This document shows, piece by piece, positions 6,792-15,884 of a stretch of DNA of 64,000 bases. Within the stretch, counting starts at the first letter, position 1. Every line of letters begins with the position of its first letter. A program made the position numbers and the translations under genes. The stretch spans positions 1,616 to 65,615 of the forward strand of contig CALAML010000045.1 of assembly GCA_937925845.1 (NCBI GenBank). The letters run 5' to 3'. The DNA comes from an uncultured Acidimicrobiales bacterium. Lineage in GTDB: Bacteria > Actinomycetota > Acidimicrobiia > Acidimicrobiales > CALAML01. The notes beneath the pieces are model-generated. The model was not told the DNA's origin and ran no database searches. It worked only from the letters and a program-made list of their open reading frames with translations.

Positions 6792-9266
6792 TTAGTCTTT
6801 GGCTTCCGGGCTTTCTTGTGGCGCTGATTCTTCTGGGGTTGGTTGGGCTTCGGCTTGAGCGGGCTCTTCTGTTGGCTGCTCTGCGCTGGCCGCCGCCTCC
6901 GCCTCCGCCTGTGCTGGCTCTGGCTCGGTGTTGGCTTCTGGCTCGGGTGGTGTCGGGGCGGCTTCTGCTTCTGATTGTTCGGCTTCTTTGGCCTCGGCCG
7001 TTGCTTCTGCCTCTGCGTCTGACCCTGCTGGAGTGGCTTCGGGCTCTGTTTGCTCGGCCTCTGATGGGGTTGCCTCGGTCTCGGGCTTGGTCTCTGCCTT
7101 GGCCCCTTCTGGTTCGGGCTGGGGTTCTTCGGAGGTTGGCTCGGCTGGTGTGGGCTCGGCTTCGGCTTTTGGTGGTTCTGGCGGGGGCGAAGGTTCGGCG
7201 ACTGGTGGTGCCTCTTCGCTCACCTTGGCGTTTGGATCTACCGGTGGGGCGCTCACACTCTGGACTGCCTGAGTGATTGAGAGGTCTACTCGCCGCCGTT
7301 TTCGATCAACGCCGATCACCTTTACAAAGACCCGGTCGCCGGGGATCACTACTTCGTCGGGGGTAAAGACCCGATGCTCGCTCAACTGGTTGATGTGCAC
7401 CAAGCCCTCGGTGCCGCCGATGTCGACAAACGCGCCGAAGTCGGCCAGACGGGTCACGGTGCCCTCAACCACCTCGCCGACGTTGGCATTGTGAATCGGG
7501 TCAGGGGTGGTGGCCCGCATCGAAAGCCGGATCCGACCCTTCGACTTGCGGATTTCGAGAATCTTGACTTGAACGGTCTCGCCAACCTTCACGAAGGTCT
7601 TCGGGTTCTCCACGCGGGTCCAGGACAGCTCCGAGAGATGCACCAGACCCTCAGCCCCGCCGATATCGACGAAGACGCCAAAATCGGCGATCGAACGAAC
7701 AACGCCGGAGCGCACTTCGTTCTTCTTCAGGCTGGAAAGGATCTCGGCCTTTTGGCTCGACCGCTCCTTGCGCAGAACCGTTTTGCGGTCGAGTACCACG
7801 CGGTTCTTTTCCTGGTCGAGCTCCAGCACTCTCACCGTGACCGTCTGACCCACCAGGTCGGCAAGCTTTTCCTTCGGGTCGAGCGTGGCCAACGAACGAG
7901 GCAGGAACCCCCGCACCCCAACGTCGAGCACCAGGCCGCCCTTGACGACCTTGACCACCTCGGCATCGATCGTCGCCTTCTCGGCGTGGGCTTTGGCCAT
8001 GGCGTCCATCGCGGACTTTCGAACCGCCCACGACCGGCTTAGTACGACCCGACCCTTGGGGTCATCACGGATCAGTACCGCACCCAACACCATGTCGCCC
8101 ACGTTGGCCAGACCAACCAGCGTCGGCGGAGGTTGTTCGTCGTAGTGTCGCCGTGACACGACGCCCTGGCGGCCGCCACCGAGGTCGACCACCAGCTCGT
8201 CGGCGGTCACCTCCAGCACCGGCCCGGTCACGATCGTGCCGCCGGGAAAGTCGGGATCCTCGACCGGGCCGGCCTTAGCCGGAGTGGCGGCGCCGTCGGT
8301 ACCCGGTGGTGGGCCGGACGGGGCCGAGCCCGGAGCGGCAGTGTCGCCGATCGAAGGCGCGGCCGCAGCAGCTACCGGAGCAGCAGGTGTCGCACCAGCT
8401 CCGTCGGTGTCAGCGCCGGGAGTAGGCGGAGGCGTTGGTGTCGCGGCAGCAGGCCCGCTGGCCGGGGCTTTGGGGGGAGCGGTATCGCCGACCATCGGGG
8501 GTGCAGCGGCCCCATCGGTCGCGGGCTCGGTGGCTTGGGCCTCGGAGCTTGCCGATGCCGGTGCCGGCGCTTGCGCAGTGTCACCGATTGAAGGCGCGGG
8601 TGATGGAGAAGTCGGTGCTGAACCGGCGGCGTCGGTCGCCGGGGTTGGCGCCGGACCTGGTGCGGGTGTGGCCGCAGCCTCGCTGGTTGGCACATCCGCA
8701 CCGGCGGCTGGTGGGGTGGGCGCGGAGGCAGTGGCGTCGATCGAAGGCGGGTCGGCCGGGGCGGCCCCCGCCGCGGCGCTGTTATCGGCAAGAGGAGAGG
8801 GCTCGGGCGACGTGGTCGGCGGCTGGGTGTCGGCCGGTTCGGAAGCTACTTGCGGTTCTGGTTGCGGTGCGACTGAGGCTGGGGTTGGTTCTGGTGCTGC
8901 CTCGGCCTTGTCGGTTTCGGGCTCAGTGGTGGCGGGGGCCGGTGTTGGCCCATCCGGGGCGGGATCGGCATCGGGGGCCGTTGGTGTCGGGGCGGGCCCA
9001 GCCTGCTCAGCCTCAGGAGCGGCATCGGACGCTGGGGACGGCGCCGGTGATGCTGGGGCCGGTTCTGGCTCCGGGGCTACTTCAGATTCGGCCGAAGCCG
9101 TGCCGATCGACGCCTCAGAGGCGGCGTCGCTGGTGGTGCCGGCGTCGATGGAGTCAGGCGGCTCAGCCGGCTGAGGGGCCGCGTTAGCAGGCCCCGCAGG
9201 GGTCTCGATTCCACCGCCTTCTTCAGGCTGGTCGGAGTCGTTGGTCCCCGTGTTCCCCATACTCAT
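6792..9266 (-). CDS. rpsA: 30S ribosomal protein S1-like protein (four S1 RNA-binding domains) with long Pro/Ala/Glu-rich N- and C-terminal extensions
   Basis: The central ~320 aa hold four consecutive S1 domains (…VVSRRHY…, …GFLPRS…, GVFVDIGGAEGLVHLSELS, GAFVDIGGTEGLVHINQLS), the actinobacterial RpsA architecture. They are flanked by ~340 aa (N) and ~165 aa (C) of low-complexity sequence. The only upstream in-frame ATG besides 9266 is at residue 258. Confidence 0.7.
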   Translation of the reverse strand: MSMGNTGTNDSDQPEEGGGIETPAGPANAAPQPAEPPDSIDAGTTSDAASEASIGTASAESEVAPEPEPAPASPAPSPASDAAPEAEQAGPAPTPTAPDADPAPDGPTPAPATTEPETDKAEAAPEPTPASVAPQPEPQVASEPADTQPPTTSPEPSPLADNSAAAGAAPADPPSIDATASAPTPPAAGADVPTSEAAATPAPGPAPTPATDAAGSAPTSPSPAPSIGDTAQAPAPASASSEAQATEPATDGAAAPPMVGDTAPPKAPASGPAAATPTPPPTPGADTDGAGATPAAPVAAAAAPSIGDTAAPGSAPSGPPPGTDGAATPAKAGPVEDPDFPGGTIVTGPVLEVTADELVVDLGGGRQGVVSRRHYDEQPPPTLVGLANVGDMVLGAVLIRDDPKGRVVLSRSWAVRKSAMDAMAKAHAEKATIDAEVVKVVKGGLVLDVGVRGFLPRSLATLDPKEKLADLVGQTVTVRVLELDQEKNRVVLDRKTVLRKERSSQKAEILSSLKKNEVRSGVVRSIADFGVFVDIGGAEGLVHLSELSWTRVENPKTFVKVGETVQVKILEIRKSKGRIRLSMRATTPDPIHNANVGEVVEGTVTRLADFGAFVDIGGTEGLVHINQLSEHRVFTPDEVVIPGDRVFVKVIGVDRKRRRVDLSITQAVQSVSAPPVDPNAKVSEEAPPVAEPSPPPEPPKAEAEPTPAEPTSEEPQPEPEGAKAETKPETEATPSEAEQTEPEATPAGSDAEAEATAEAKEAEQSEAEAAPTPPEPEANTEPEPAQAEAEAAASAEQPTEEPAQAEAQPTPEESAPQESPEAKD

Positions 9267-9414
9267 GAATCAAATCTACCAACAGGGCCGCCGCCGCGGC
9301 GCGTTGGGCCCACCAACACAACTGTTTGGTAACGCGCTGGGCGAAGAACGACGAGCCCCGAGCGGCTTGGAGACTCCCCGCGAAAATCAGTGTTGAGGGA
9401 CGCTTTGGAGCGAT

Positions 9415-12400
9415 TTAGCGGGCCTGCCACGAGATTTCGAAGTTCCCGCCGCCGCCCAGGAAACCGCGCACGCGAACCTGCGACGACATCTCCGGATCGA
9501 CTTCCACCGAGATCGTCTCTGGTTCACCGGCAAAGTTGGTGTCAACCGTCAGCGGTGACGTGTCAGGGAAGTCGTCGAACGGATCCGGCTCAAACTCCAA
9601 CACCAGGTCCAGATCCTCCGAGCCCGGAGTCGGGATCACGGTCACCTCGACCGGACCCGCCGGAAGCCAGAAGGTCAACTCCTGGTTCTGGGCCAGGTCG
9701 TAGGTGGCCGCAACTCCCTCCGCAGGCAACTCGACCGGGTCGGTGCCCGGGACCTCGATCGGCACCGGTGGCGGTGCCTCAATCGGCGGCACCTCCTCGA
9801 GTCGGTTGAGGCCGAGCTCATAGGTGGCAGAGTCGCTGTTGCCGACGATCACCACCCGGTGCAGGCCGTCGGCGAACACCTGATAGTTGCCGGAGCCGTC
9901 GTTGAAGCTGGTGCCGGAACCAAAGCCGGTCACCGAGAAACGGCTCGGCTGATACACCACCAGGCTCGAGTCTTCGAGGTCGAGGTTCAACAGGTCGCCG
10001 TTGTCCAGGTTCACGTCGAGCAGGCGAACCTCGTTTTCGGCGAGCGTGCCTTCCGCGGCGCCGTCCGGAACCAGTTCGGCATCGTCGGGGATGGCCACAA
10101 AGCTGACCTCATAGGACGCATCCAGTGCTTCGTCGATGGCATTGTTCGACCGGGCCCGCACCTCAACGACACCCAGCGCGGTCGGGTCGAGTGTGGCGCG
10201 GGCGATTTGGCCGCCTGGGGGCACCGTGTCCGACTCGATCCGACCCTCAACCATCACGTTGACGGTGAGGTCGGAACCATCAGTCGAGGTGTTCTTCACC
10301 CTCACCGCAATCGGGAGGCTGTCGGTCTCGGAGACATAGCGGTCGACCTCCAGGCTGGAGCCGAGCATGCCGGAGGAGACCTCGTCGAGCTCGGTTCGTT
10401 GGGGCTCCGTGATGCCAAAGCCCTCGAGGACCTCGCTATCGAGGTCGTTAGCGCCCTCGATGAGGTACTGGGCCACGGTTTCGAGGGGGTCGATAAAGAA
10501 GCCGCCATCGTGTTCACGGACCACCACAAAGAGGTTTCGCGGAGCGATGCGAGCCAGAGCCAGCTCCTGAGGCGTGGTGGCGTCGTTCGCCAGCTCACCC
10601 AAACAGGACTCGCTCGACCCTTCGGTGGTCTCGCGGACCAGGCATCCGCCATCGAAGGAGAAGCGTTGGCGATCGCCGCGATCATCATCGGTATCGATCA
10701 CAAAGTCCGCGATCACCACCTTGTGGAGATCGTTGCCAAGTTCGGTGGTTGTGACCTCAAACCGATCGACGTCGATGTCGGCATCAAGAGTGTTGAGGCG
10801 GAAGTCGTCTCGGACCTCGGCATCAAAGAGCGAATCGGCGTACGCGTGCACCACGGCCAAACCGGTGGGATCGATCAAACCAAGGCTGTCTTCGAGATCG
10901 CCCCGCACCAGTTCATCGAGCATCCTCTCCACCGCTTCCTCAGGCGAGGCCGCGCCTGTTGCCTCACCGGGGGCATCAAAATCGGCGCGTCGGCCGCGGT
11001 CGTCGAGGCGCAGGTATTCAGCGATGGTGTAGGCCGGGCTCAGATACCACCGGCCGTTGCGCCGGATCGCCATCATGAACGGATCGTGGCCAAGGGACTC
11101 GGCCCACTCATCGACCTGGTACACGACGGCATCGGGATCGCCGGGAACCTCCGGTTCGTCAACCGGCTCGATCACTTCATCGGCCGGAACCAGCAGGTCG
11201 AGTTCACTGTCGACCACCGACTCACCGACGACTTCCAGCGGCAGAAACAAAAGACTCCGAATATCGAGGTCCGAGTCGGTGGTGGTGCCCTGAACCACAA
11301 ACTCTCCGCCGGTCAGCTCAACCTTGGCAACGTCATCGCTGATCTGATCCACCGAGAGGTCAACGTCGTTGCGGCGCACGTCGAAGCTGACGTCGGAGTC
11401 GTCGTCGGGAATGAACTTCTCAAAGCCGATCCGCGACGGTAGGTCCCCGGTATTTTCGGCCATGCGGATGAAGGGTCGAGTCTCGTCCGGGTTCAGCACC
11501 TCGGCGGTGCCGAGCAGATCTCCGGTCTCGAGCGAGCTGATGAACTGGTTGAGGGCCGTTTCGGGGTCGCTGGCCCCGGTGCCGGACCCGCTGCGGCCAC
11601 TCACGATCGAAACGGCGATCACCGCGGCGATCATCAGCGCCACCAGGCCGATCAGCGGCAGGAGCCAGCGGGGTCGTTTGCCCGGAGAGTCGGGGGTGGC
11701 CACATCGAGCGGCGGCGTTGCCGCCTGACCGTGACCGGGCACCGCCCAACCGGTGGTGCCGGCCTGCGGCACGTTGGGGTGTGCCGCCTGATGGCTTGGG
11801 GAGGCGGCCCATGCCGGTTGAGCCTGAGCTGGGTCGGGCGAACCGGTCGGAGTCGTGGCTGGTGCAGTTGTCTGGCCCGGAGGCGGGGCGGCGCCGCCGG
11901 GTGGGGCGGTGGGCTGAGGAGCCCCGGCAGGCGGTGGCGGCTGCGAATCGGCCTTGGGCGCCCAGGGGTTGGGGGCCGGGGCCGCCACATCACCCGCCGC
12001 CATGTCACCCACCCCAGTGTCGGTCGGGGCAGTGGGTGCCGGCGGCACGAACTGATCACTCGAGATTGCGCTGGCGTCCGGACGGTTGTCTCGGACCGGC
12101 CACCACCCCCCGGTGCCCTCGGCAGGGGACGGTGGCGGAGGGGTTTGCGGGGATGCAGGAGGTACCGGAGGTGCTGTCGGTGGGGGAGTGGTCGGGCCCG
12201 ACATGGGAGCGGCAGGCGGCGTTGGTGGCGCGTAGGTGTTCGAAGGGGTGAACTCGGTCGAAGGGGTGAAGTCGGCCGGGGGAGCGCCAGGCGCAGGTTG
12301 GGCGGACGGCCCCGGCTCTTGGGCCGGTGGCCAGGTTTGTGGTGTGGCGTCGAAGGCTGGCGTGGGCCCGTCCGGATTGGCTAACGGCGCGGTTGGGGCG

Positions 12401-12519
12401 GTGGCTGTTGGAGCCGGCGAGGGCGGGGTGTGCAGATCTGCGCCGCAACGATGGCAGTTGTCTGACCCCTTGGGGACTTTGACACCGCATTCATCACAAA
12501 ACATTAGGAGTCCCGACAT
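9415..12519 (-). CDS. large membrane-anchored protein: N-terminal zinc ribbon, Pro-rich linker, one TM helix, ~700-aa extracytoplasmic region
   Basis: FCDECGVKVPKGSDNCHRCG is a CxxC...CxxC ribbon. It is followed by ~280 aa of Pro/Ala/Thr-rich sequence, then the TM helix WLLPLIGLVALMIAAVIAVSIV. The C-terminal segments resemble pre-peptidase C-terminal (PPC) beta domains (…DLDLVLEF…). The start is taken at ATG 12519 (MSGLLMFCDECG); ATG 12504 is also possible. The ORF extension up to 12636 runs through a DNA tandem repeat and looks spurious. Confidence 0.75.
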   Translation of the reverse strand: MSGLLMFCDECGVKVPKGSDNCHRCGADLHTPPSPAPTATAPTAPLANPDGPTPAFDATPQTWPPAQEPGPSAQPAPGAPPADFTPSTEFTPSNTYAPPTPPAAPMSGPTTPPPTAPPVPPASPQTPPPPSPAEGTGGWWPVRDNRPDASAISSDQFVPPAPTAPTDTGVGDMAAGDVAAPAPNPWAPKADSQPPPPAGAPQPTAPPGGAAPPPGQTTAPATTPTGSPDPAQAQPAWAASPSHQAAHPNVPQAGTTGWAVPGHGQAATPPLDVATPDSPGKRPRWLLPLIGLVALMIAAVIAVSIVSGRSGSGTGASDPETALNQFISSLETGDLLGTAEVLNPDETRPFIRMAENTGDLPSRIGFEKFIPDDDSDVSFDVRRNDVDLSVDQISDDVAKVELTGGEFVVQGTTTDSDLDIRSLLFLPLEVVGESVVDSELDLLVPADEVIEPVDEPEVPGDPDAVVYQVDEWAESLGHDPFMMAIRRNGRWYLSPAYTIAEYLRLDDRGRRADFDAPGEATGAASPEEAVERMLDELVRGDLEDSLGLIDPTGLAVVHAYADSLFDAEVRDDFRLNTLDADIDVDRFEVTTTELGNDLHKVVIADFVIDTDDDRGDRQRFSFDGGCLVRETTEGSSESCLGELANDATTPQELALARIAPRNLFVVVREHDGGFFIDPLETVAQYLIEGANDLDSEVLEGFGITEPQRTELDEVSSGMLGSSLEVDRYVSETDSLPIAVRVKNTSTDGSDLTVNVMVEGRIESDTVPPGGQIARATLDPTALGVVEVRARSNNAIDEALDASYEVSFVAIPDDAELVPDGAAEGTLAENEVRLLDVNLDNGDLLNLDLEDSSLVVYQPSRFSVTGFGSGTSFNDGSGNYQVFADGLHRVVIVGNSDSATYELGLNRLEEVPPIEAPPPVPIEVPGTDPVELPAEGVAATYDLAQNQELTFWLPAGPVEVTVIPTPGSEDLDLVLEFEPDPFDDFPDTSPLTVDTNFAGEPETISVEVDPEMSSQVRVRGFLGGGGNFEISWQAR

Positions 12520-12525
12520 TACGTT

Positions 12526-12555
12526 TCTCGAGATTGCGTGTCTCGAGATTGCGTG
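12526..12555. repeat. perfect tandem duplication of a 15-bp unit, each containing the 8-bp palindrome TCTCGAGA
   Basis: TCTCGAGATTGCGTG occurs twice back to back (12526-12540 and 12541-12555). It sits 7 nt upstream of the candidate start at 12519, in the 77-nt gap between two co-directional - strand genes. Confidence 0.8.
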
Positions 12556-12596
12556 TCCCGAAAGCGACTTCGTTGGATGCCGGACCGGACACAGCT

Positions 12597-13085
12597 TCAG
12601 CCTTTCAAACGTTTCACGCCCCGTGGATACCAACATCCAATCAGGGTGATGACCGAACCAGCAATCACCACGAATGGACCTGGATGAGAACCGAGAAACG
12701 GGCCACGAACGACCAGCAACCCAAAGAGCATGGCTACCACCAACAGGATGGCAGCAAACAGGATGGTTAGACGATCAGGGTTGGGGGGATAGTTCCGCCA
12801 CAGCGAAACCCAGGCGAGCAAGGCCGCAATGGGTATGGCATACCAGCCGTACCCGAAGGCGCTCAGCGGTGTTTCAAAGCCGAGGTCGGCTAAGGAAAGC
12901 GAGAGGTTGGCCAACGATGGTCCGCTCCTCGATCGGCCACCAATGGTGACCCACGGGAGGAAACATCCCAAGGTCACCAGTGCCAAACCGACATGTATGG
13001 CGCCGACCCGCAGCACCTGGCGAGCAAAAGAACCAGGTATCCCGTCTTCCCGCCGAGTCCGGGTCGCTGCGGGGTCGGCGGCCAT
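12597..13085 (-). CDS. small integral membrane protein, hypothetical
   Basis: 162 aa from ATG 13085 (MAADPAATRT…) with about four hydrophobic helices. The upstream part of the 448-aa ORF in the track is antisense to the acyl-CoA ligase gene, and I do not believe it is real. Confidence 0.6.
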   Translation of the reverse strand: MAADPAATRTRREDGIPGSFARQVLRVGAIHVGLALVTLGCFLPWVTIGGRSRSGPSLANLSLSLADLGFETPLSAFGYGWYAIPIAALLAWVSLWRNYPPNPDRLTILFAAILLVVAMLFGLLVVRGPFLGSHPGPFVVIAGSVITLIGCWYPRGVKRLKG

Positions 13086-13178
13086 GGCCCCACCGTAGTT
13101 GCCAACCCTCCACCCCACACTCGGGAGGCCTCCCCGGCACAGCCGGCATGGCGGGCGGTTGATGGGTACGATGCGCCG

Positions 13179-14759
13179 GTGACCGACCAGATTGCGTTCC
13201 ATGCCGAGTCGCGGCCCGACCACTTGGCGGTGGTGGACGATCGCCCCGGCCAACCGATCCGAACGCTGACGTTTGCTGAGCTGAACCGATGCGTAAACCG
13301 GTTGGCCAACGGACTTACTGCGCTTGGGGTCGCGCCCGATAGTCGGGTGATCTGGTGTGGGCCGAACTCGATAGAAACCGTCGCCATCACCCATGCGGTT
13401 CGCAAACTTGGGGCGGTGTCGGTACCGGTGAGTTATCGGCTCAGCCCGGCCGATGCCGCATTTGTGGTGGGGGACTGCGGCGCCGAGATCGCCTACGTCG
13501 ACGCGGCCTACGCCGACCTCTTTACCCAGCTTCTCCAAGACGTCGACACGCTTCGCACCGTCGTGATCTTCGGCGAAGAGCTGCTGGGTGATGATGTCGC
13601 CTGGACCGGGATCGCTGGTCAACCGAGCCACCAGGACATGCTGGGCGGCGAAAGTGAGCCACCGCTCAGCGGCACCCATGAGTTCTCGAAGTTGATGGTG
13701 TACACCTCGGGCACCACCGGTCGGCCCAAGGGAGCGGTCCGCCGCATCGGTGGCAGCGTTGGCCAGTTCAACGCGCTGCTCGACGAGCTGGGCTGGGGTC
13801 CCAACGACATCTACCTCACCACTGGTCCGTTGTATCACTCCGGCCCGGGAGGGTTCGCCGGCCGAGCCCACGTGCTGGGCCAGACCGTGGTGGTGCAATA
13901 CCGGTTCGATGCACAGGACTGGCTGCGCCTGGTCGACACCCATCAGGTCAGCGTGTCGTTCTCCGCTCCCACCCCGATCCGTCGAATCGTCGGGCTGCCC
14001 GACGACGTCAAGGCCCGCTATGACACCTCGTCGCTACGGTCGATGGTGGCCAACGCCGCTCCCTGGACCATGGCGCTGAAACGGGCCTACCTGGCCGACT
14101 TCCCACCCGAGTCGCTCTTTGAGGTCTACGGCTCCACCGAGCTCAGCGTTTGCACGCTGCTGCGACCTGAGGATCAGCTACGCAAGCCCGGGTCGTGTGG
14201 TCGGGCCGCGCCCGGCGTGGAGGTGCGACTCTATGATGCCGACGGCAACATCATCACCGAGCCCGGCGTGCCCGGCGAGTTCTACGCCCGCTCCGCCGGG
14301 GTGTTCGAGACCTACCACAACGCACCCGAGAAGTTTGCCGCCGACCACCGCGACGGCTTCCAGACCGTCGGCGACGTAGCCATGATCGACGAAGAGGGCT
14401 ACTACTCAATCTGTGACCGCAAGCGAGACATGATCATCTCCGGCGGCGTCAACATCTACCCGGCCGAGATCGAGAACGTGCTCGACGATCATCCGGCCAT
14501 CGACCAGGTCGCAGTGTTCGGTGTGCCCGACGACGAGTGGGGTGAAGCGGTCCACGCCGCGGTCGTGTTGGCGGCTGGCACGACCGCCATCGCTACCGAC
14601 GATCACGAAGCAGCAACACAAGCCATGGCCACCTTTGCCATCGAGCGGCTGAGCGGGGAGAAACGGCCGAAATCGTGGTCGTTTCACCCCGAGTTTCCGC
14701 TGACCGGTTCGGGCAAAGTCCTCAAGCGCACCCTGCGGGAGACGCTGCTCGCGACTTAA
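13179..14759 (+). CDS. AMP-dependent acyl-CoA synthetase/ligase (FadD-like)
   Basis: AMP-binding motif MVYTSGTTGRPKGAV and the C-terminal …GDVAMIDEEGYYSICDRKRDMIISGGVNIYPAEIE… In-frame GTG 13179 (VTDQIAFHAESRPDHLAVV) gives a typical N-terminus. It also removes the overlap with the divergent gene that starts at 13085. Confidence 0.85.
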   Translation: MTDQIAFHAESRPDHLAVVDDRPGQPIRTLTFAELNRCVNRLANGLTALGVAPDSRVIWCGPNSIETVAITHAVRKLGAVSVPVSYRLSPADAAFVVGDCGAEIAYVDAAYADLFTQLLQDVDTLRTVVIFGEELLGDDVAWTGIAGQPSHQDMLGGESEPPLSGTHEFSKLMVYTSGTTGRPKGAVRRIGGSVGQFNALLDELGWGPNDIYLTTGPLYHSGPGGFAGRAHVLGQTVVVQYRFDAQDWLRLVDTHQVSVSFSAPTPIRRIVGLPDDVKARYDTSSLRSMVANAAPWTMALKRAYLADFPPESLFEVYGSTELSVCTLLRPEDQLRKPGSCGRAAPGVEVRLYDADGNIITEPGVPGEFYARSAGVFETYHNAPEKFAADHRDGFQTVGDVAMIDEEGYYSICDRKRDMIISGGVNIYPAEIENVLDDHPAIDQVAVFGVPDDEWGEAVHAAVVLAAGTTAIATDDHEAATQAMATFAIERLSGEKRPKSWSFHPEFPLTGSGKVLKRTLRETLLAT

Positions 14760-14809
14760 GCGCCAAGCCCAGCGTGACGTTGCTACCACCGCCGTCGTAG
14801 TGTCTCGCC

Positions 14810-15820
14810 ATGAACGAAACTGCACCGTCCGATTCCGCCGGCGACGGCGAAGAACAGCTTCCCCGAGTCGGCTTTATCGGCCTCGGCAACGTTGGCGGCA
14901 AGCTCTCCAGCTCACTGCTTCGCAACGGCGTCGACCTGACCGTCCGCGACCTCGACCGTTCCATGGCGGAGCCGATGCTTGCGGCCGGCGCCAAGTGGGG
15001 CGAGAGCCCGGCCGACATGGCCCGCGACTGTGACGTGGTCATCACCTGTCTGCCCAACCCCGCAGCCAGCGCATCGGTGGTGGAAGGCCCCGACGGCCTG
15101 CTGTCCGGGCTTGGGTCCGGAAAGGTGTGGGCCGAAATGAGCACCACCGATCAGGCCGAAGTGATCCGCCTCGGCGCCAAAGTGGCCGAGACCGGCGCAT
15201 CGGCGGTCGACTGCCCGGTCTCCGGGGGCTGCCACCGCGCCGCTACTGGAAACATCGCCATCCTCGCCGGATGTGACCGTGCCGTCTTCGACACGATGCT
15301 GCCGCTGCTCACCCGGATGGGTCGGCAGGTGCTCCACACCGGCGAACTCGGTTCGGCCTCGGTCCTCAAAGTGGTAACCAACTACCTGGCCACCGCCAAC
15401 CTGGTGAGCCTCAGCGAAGCGCTGGTCACCTCCAAGGCCGCGGGCATGGACCTCAACGTGGCCTACGAAGCGATCCGCATCTCTTCAGGAAACTCGTTTG
15501 TCCACGAGACCGAAAGCCAGGTGATCCTCAACGGCAGTCGTGACATCAGCTTCACCATGGACCTGGTCAGCAAGGACGTTGGGTTGTTCAAGTCGATTGC
15601 CGACAACGCCGGTGTCCCCACCGAGATCGCTCCGCTGCTCGTGGATATCTTCGCCGATGGCGAAGCGCGCTACGGCTCTCGGGAATGGTCGCCGAACATC
15701 ATTCGACGACTTGAGGATGCCTGTGATGTTTCGGTGCTAGCCCCCGGATTTCCAGCGGAGATGGTCGACACTGAGCCCGAAGTGCGGGGGGCCGAGGTGG
15801 TCATCGACACCCGTAGTTGA
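14810..15820 (+). CDS. NAD(P)-dependent oxidoreductase, 3-hydroxyisobutyrate/6-phosphogluconate dehydrogenase-like
   Basis: Rossmann motif RVGFIGLGNVGG near the N-terminus. The length and the following helical domain are typical of the HIBADH family. Confidence 0.85.
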   Translation: MNETAPSDSAGDGEEQLPRVGFIGLGNVGGKLSSSLLRNGVDLTVRDLDRSMAEPMLAAGAKWGESPADMARDCDVVITCLPNPAASASVVEGPDGLLSGLGSGKVWAEMSTTDQAEVIRLGAKVAETGASAVDCPVSGGCHRAATGNIAILAGCDRAVFDTMLPLLTRMGRQVLHTGELGSASVLKVVTNYLATANLVSLSEALVTSKAAGMDLNVAYEAIRISSGNSFVHETESQVILNGSRDISFTMDLVSKDVGLFKSIADNAGVPTEIAPLLVDIFADGEARYGSREWSPNIIRRLEDACDVSVLAPGFPAEMVDTEPEVRGAEVVIDTRS

Positions 15821-15884
15821 TGCAAAGGGCCGGTCGTCTTTCCTGAAACTGGTCGGGTCGGTGCTGCCGTAGCGGGGTGTTTCG

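Noticed and set aside
8236-9174. 312-aa Gly/Ala-rich + strand ORF opposite the N-terminal extension of the S1-like gene.
   Set aside because: Its apparent repeats (AVSPIEGA…) are the reverse-complement image of the PSIGDTA motif on the - strand. The - strand frame continues seamlessly into the S1 domains. I cannot formally exclude it, but it is the less parsimonious reading.
13086-13943. Upstream 286 codons of the 448-aa - strand ORF 12597-13943.
   Set aside because: They are antisense to the acyl-CoA ligase gene, whose AMP-binding motifs are unambiguous. The membrane-protein part begins at the internal ATG 13085.
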